Source: an uncultured Planctomycetaceae bacterium
Lineage (GTDB): Bacteria; Planctomycetota; Planctomycetia; Planctomycetales; Planctomycetaceae
DNA length: 64,000 nucleotides
Reading direction: 5' to 3'
NCBI GenBank assembly: GCA_963815195.1
Contig: CAWFGE010000010.1
Location: forward strand, 320,001 to 384,000
Shown: positions 61,153 to 64,000 of the stretch, in pieces
Layout of the letters: each line of letters starts with the position of its first letter
Numbering within the stretch: position 1 is the stretch's first letter
Notes under the pieces: model-generated
What the model was told of the DNA's origin: nothing
The model's input: only the letters and a program-made list of their open reading frames with translations
Database searches by the model: none
Position numbers and translations under genes: made by a program

Positions 61153-62736
61153 ATGACCGAATCCCCTCCCCGGCGCGCATTAGTCAGCGTGAGCAACAAG
61201 GACGGCCTCGCGCCTTTTGCGAAAGGCCTTGCCGAGCTTGGTTTTGAAATTCTTTCCACCGGCGGGACGCGGCGGCATCTGGAGGAAGCGGGCATTCCCG
61301 TGATCGACGTCGCCCGCTACACCGGGTTTCCCGAAATGATGGAAGGCCGGGTGAAAACGCTGCACCCCAAGGTGCACGGCGCGATTTTGGGCCGGCCCGA
61401 CGTGCCCGGCGACGCGGCCGCGATGAAAGAGCACGGGATCGTTCCGTTTGAGATGGTGATCTGCAATTTGTATCCGTTTCAGGAGACAATCGCGAAGCCG
61501 GGCGTGACGGTCGAGGATGCCATCGAGCAAATCGACATCGGCGGCCCCAGCATGATCCGCTCCGCCGCGAAAAATCACGCCCGCGTCGCCGTCGTCACCC
61601 GCCCCGCCCAATACCCCGTGGTTCTCGAGGCCCTCAAAGGCGGCCACCTCGGCGATGCGTTCCGCCGGGAGTTGGCACTGGCCGCGTTCGAGATGACGGC
61701 CGACTACGACCGGGCGATCGCAAATTACTTTACGAAACTCGATCTGGAAACGCCCGGCGAAGAACAGCCCATGCCGGCGGCGCTCGATCTGAGCTTCCGC
61801 CGGGCGATGCCGCTGCGCTACGGCGAAAATCCGCATCAACAGGCGGCGTGGTATGTGGAACCGGACTTCCCGCCCGCGAGCCTGTCGGCGGCGAAGCAAC
61901 TCCACGGCAAGGAGCTGTCCTACAACAACCTGCTCGATCTGGATGCGGCCCTCAACATCGCACGGGAGTTTTCGGAACCCGCGGCTGTCGTCATCAAGCA
62001 CAACAACCCCTGCGGCTGCGGCATCGGCGAGACGCTCGCGGCGGCGTTCGACCGGGCCTACGCGGGCGATCCGGTGAGCGCGTTTGGTTCGATCATCGGC
62101 TTCAATCGACCGCTGGACGCGGCGACGGCGGAAAAACTGGCCGAGCCAGACCGCTTCGTGGAAGCCATCATCGCCCCCGCCTACGATCCCGATGCGTTCG
62201 AGATCCTCACCACCCGGCCGAAGTGGAAAAAAAACGTCCGCCTGATGGAATGCCCGGCGATGCTGGAAGACCGCGAAGCCAGTTGGGACTACCGCCGGGT
62301 CACGGGCGGATTGTTGGTGCAGAGCCGCGATGAATTGCCCGACGTGGAAGCGGAGTGGCAAGTCGTCACGACACGAAAGCCGACGGATGCGGAGCTTTCG
62401 GATCTCAGGTTCTCGTGGGCGGTGTGCAAGCACGTGAAGTCGAACGCGATCGTGTTCGCCCGCGGCGGGCAGGTCGTGGGTGTGGGAGCCGGTCAGATGA
62501 GCCGGCTGGATTCCGCGTTCATCGCCGCCCACAAAGCCGGCGAAAGAAGCCAAGGCGGCGTGGTGGCGTCGGACGCGTTTTTCCCCTTCCGCGACGGCGT
62601 GGACGAAGCGGCCCGGGCCGGCATCACCGCCGTGATCCAACCCGGCGGCTCGCGAAACGACGAAGAGGTCATCGCCGCCTGTAACGAGCACAACATGGCG
62701 ATGATCTTCACCGGCCGCCGGCACTTCCGGCATTGA
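61153..62736 (+). CDS. purH: Bifunctional AICAR transformylase / IMP cyclohydrolase
   Basis: [46 protein letters not shown] and terminal RHFRH. Confidence 0.98.
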   Translation: MTESPPRRALVSVSNKDGLAPFAKGLAELGFEILSTGGTRRHLEEAGIPVIDVARYTGFPEMMEGRVKTLHPKVHGAILGRPDVPGDAAAMKEHGIVPFEMVICNLYPFQETIAKPGVTVEDAIEQIDIGGPSMIRSAAKNHARVAVVTRPAQYPVVLEALKGGHLGDAFRRELALAAFEMTADYDRAIANYFTKLDLETPGEEQPMPAALDLSFRRAMPLRYGENPHQQAAWYVEPDFPPASLSAAKQLHGKELSYNNLLDLDAALNIAREFSEPAAVVIKHNNPCGCGIGETLAAAFDRAYAGDPVSAFGSIIGFNRPLDAATAEKLAEPDRFVEAIIAPAYDPDAFEILTTRPKWKKNVRLMECPAMLEDREASWDYRRVTGGLLVQSRDELPDVEAEWQVVTTRKPTDAELSDLRFSWAVCKHVKSNAIVFARGGQVVGVGAGQMSRLDSAFIAAHKAGERSQGGVVASDAFFPFRDGVDEAARAGITAVIQPGGSRNDEEVIAACNEHNMAMIFTGRRHFRH

Positions 62737-62761
62737 TCAGAGGCCGGAGAGAGGTTCTTGG

Positions 62762-63835
62762 ATGTTGATTCTCTATTCCCCTTGGCCGTATCTAGTCGGC
62801 CTCGCGGTTTGGCTGATTTGTCTGGGGGTGCTGCTGCGGGTTTTGCTGCTGAAGCGCAGAAACGCCCGGCGGCGGCAGGGGACGCTGCACGGGTGGAATG
62901 CGGCGTTGTCCTGCTGGATGTTTCTGGCATGTTTGACGGCGTGCGAGTTGTTTTTCGCTTTGTTCGTCGACCACACCGACGCCATGAACGCCACCAATAT
63001 CTCCAAACGCTGGATCCTCCGGCACATCGACGGAGAAAAAAACAACATCGGGTTTCGCGATGCCCGCGATTTTTCCAAACGGCTGCCGGCGGGCGTCAAG
63101 AGGATTTGTTTCTTCGGCGACAGCTTTACCGCAGGGCATGGCGTCGCGGACAAGTCCGCGCGGTTTACGGACATCATCGGCGAGCGGTTGGACGAGGCCC
63201 ACCCGGGCAAATATGTGGTCGCCAACATGGGCGAGCTGGGTTACGAAGCCACGCTGGTGGAAGGCCTGGTGCGGGCGGCCCTTTCCGAGGGCAACCAAAT
63301 CGACATGGTCGTTTACGTCTACATGATGAACGATATCGAGGGACTCGATCCGCGCACGCGGGCGGCGATCAAGGGCCTGCAACAAAAGCAGCCGACGTTC
63401 TTTCTGTTCCGGGACACCTATTTTTTCAACTGGTTGTATTTCCGCATGGTGCAGACGGCGGGGCCTCGGGGCGGCGGGTATTTTTCGCATCTCGTGGATT
63501 CTTACGACTCGGAGCCCTGGGACCACCTCGCGAACCGGTTGAGGCAACTACATGTCAACTGCCGCGAGCATGGCGTGGAATTTCGGATGGTGCTGTTTCC
63601 CTTCCTGCACGATTTGGGGCCGGATTATCCGTTCAAGCGGGCCCACGCCAAGCTGGTGCAATTCTGCAAAGCGGAAGGCATCCCGGTGCTCGATCTGGAA
63701 CCTGTCTTGGAACCGCACGCCGGCGAAGGCCTGACGGTCAATCCCTACGATGCGCACCCCAACGAACGGGCCCACAAACTGGCGGCCGACGCGATCGAGA
63801 AATCGCTGCTGGGGGATGTGTTCGCCTCGGAGTAG
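62762..63835 (+). CDS. Membrane-anchored SGNH/GDSL hydrolase family protein
   Basis: Two N-terminal TMs; [12 protein letters not shown] and DAHPN. Confidence 0.85.
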   Translation: MLILYSPWPYLVGLAVWLICLGVLLRVLLLKRRNARRRQGTLHGWNAALSCWMFLACLTACELFFALFVDHTDAMNATNISKRWILRHIDGEKNNIGFRDARDFSKRLPAGVKRICFFGDSFTAGHGVADKSARFTDIIGERLDEAHPGKYVVANMGELGYEATLVEGLVRAALSEGNQIDMVVYVYMMNDIEGLDPRTRAAIKGLQQKQPTFFLFRDTYFFNWLYFRMVQTAGPRGGGYFSHLVDSYDSEPWDHLANRLRQLHVNCREHGVEFRMVLFPFLHDLGPDYPFKRAHAKLVQFCKAEGIPVLDLEPVLEPHAGEGLTVNPYDAHPNERAHKLAADAIEKSLLGDVFASE

Positions 63836-63856
63836 AGCCCCGACAACGTTTCGGCT

Positions 63857-64000
63857 TCACGAGTTCGATACCTTCAGGTCTTTCTGCTCGATCGCGGCGT
63901 GGCCGGATTTTCGAAACGGCCGGGGCATCGGTTGGGCGTGGCCTTTTTCATCGATGGTCCGGCAACGGAGTGTGTAATCGCCCGCCGGAAGGCCGGGATG
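63857..64000 (-). CDS. C-terminus of a molybdopterin oxidoreductase (sulfite-oxidase-like), running off the window
   Basis: Own translation: PGLPAGDYTLRCRTIDEKGHAQPMPRPFRKSGHAAIE...*. Confidence 0.6.
   Translation of the reverse strand, partial: HPGLPAGDYTLRCRTIDEKGHAQPMPRPFRKSGHAAIEQKDLKVSNS

Overview
GC-rich bacterial chromosomal window. Gene content and style (FHA/GAF kinase, Ser/Thr kinase, DUF1080, vWA-ExbB/ExbD cluster, PadR-HAAS receptors, OprO/P porin) suggest a Planctomycetota genome; this taxonomy is inference. It opens with the 3' part of a type I PKS module (intact KS, degenerate AT, DH, ACP). Then come mostly housekeeping and stress genes: oligopeptidase A, queG, crcB/fluc, ahpC/ahpD-like, serS, tadABC, recQ, csp and purH. 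About ten genes, including serS, carry small frameshifts, which points to uncorrected long-read indels rather than true decay. Best leads for undescribed systems: (1) an unannotated ~290-nt minus-strand RNA (about 29361-29648) with its own sigma70-like promoter, four hairpin-presented GGA motifs and a terminator, i.e. a candidate CsrB/RsmZ-type sponge; (2) a translationally coupled double-zinc-ribbon plus Pol-beta-like nucleotidyltransferase pair between serS and tadA; (3) a PadR regulator with tandem operators followed by two paralogous HAAS-type membrane receptors that share an internal ribosome-binding site. Also present are a fluoride-resistance operon ending in an enolase fragment next to an ISAzo13-like remnant, a chimeric gene junction, and several families of REP-like palindromes. 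No rRNA, tRNA or CRISPR array was recognised.
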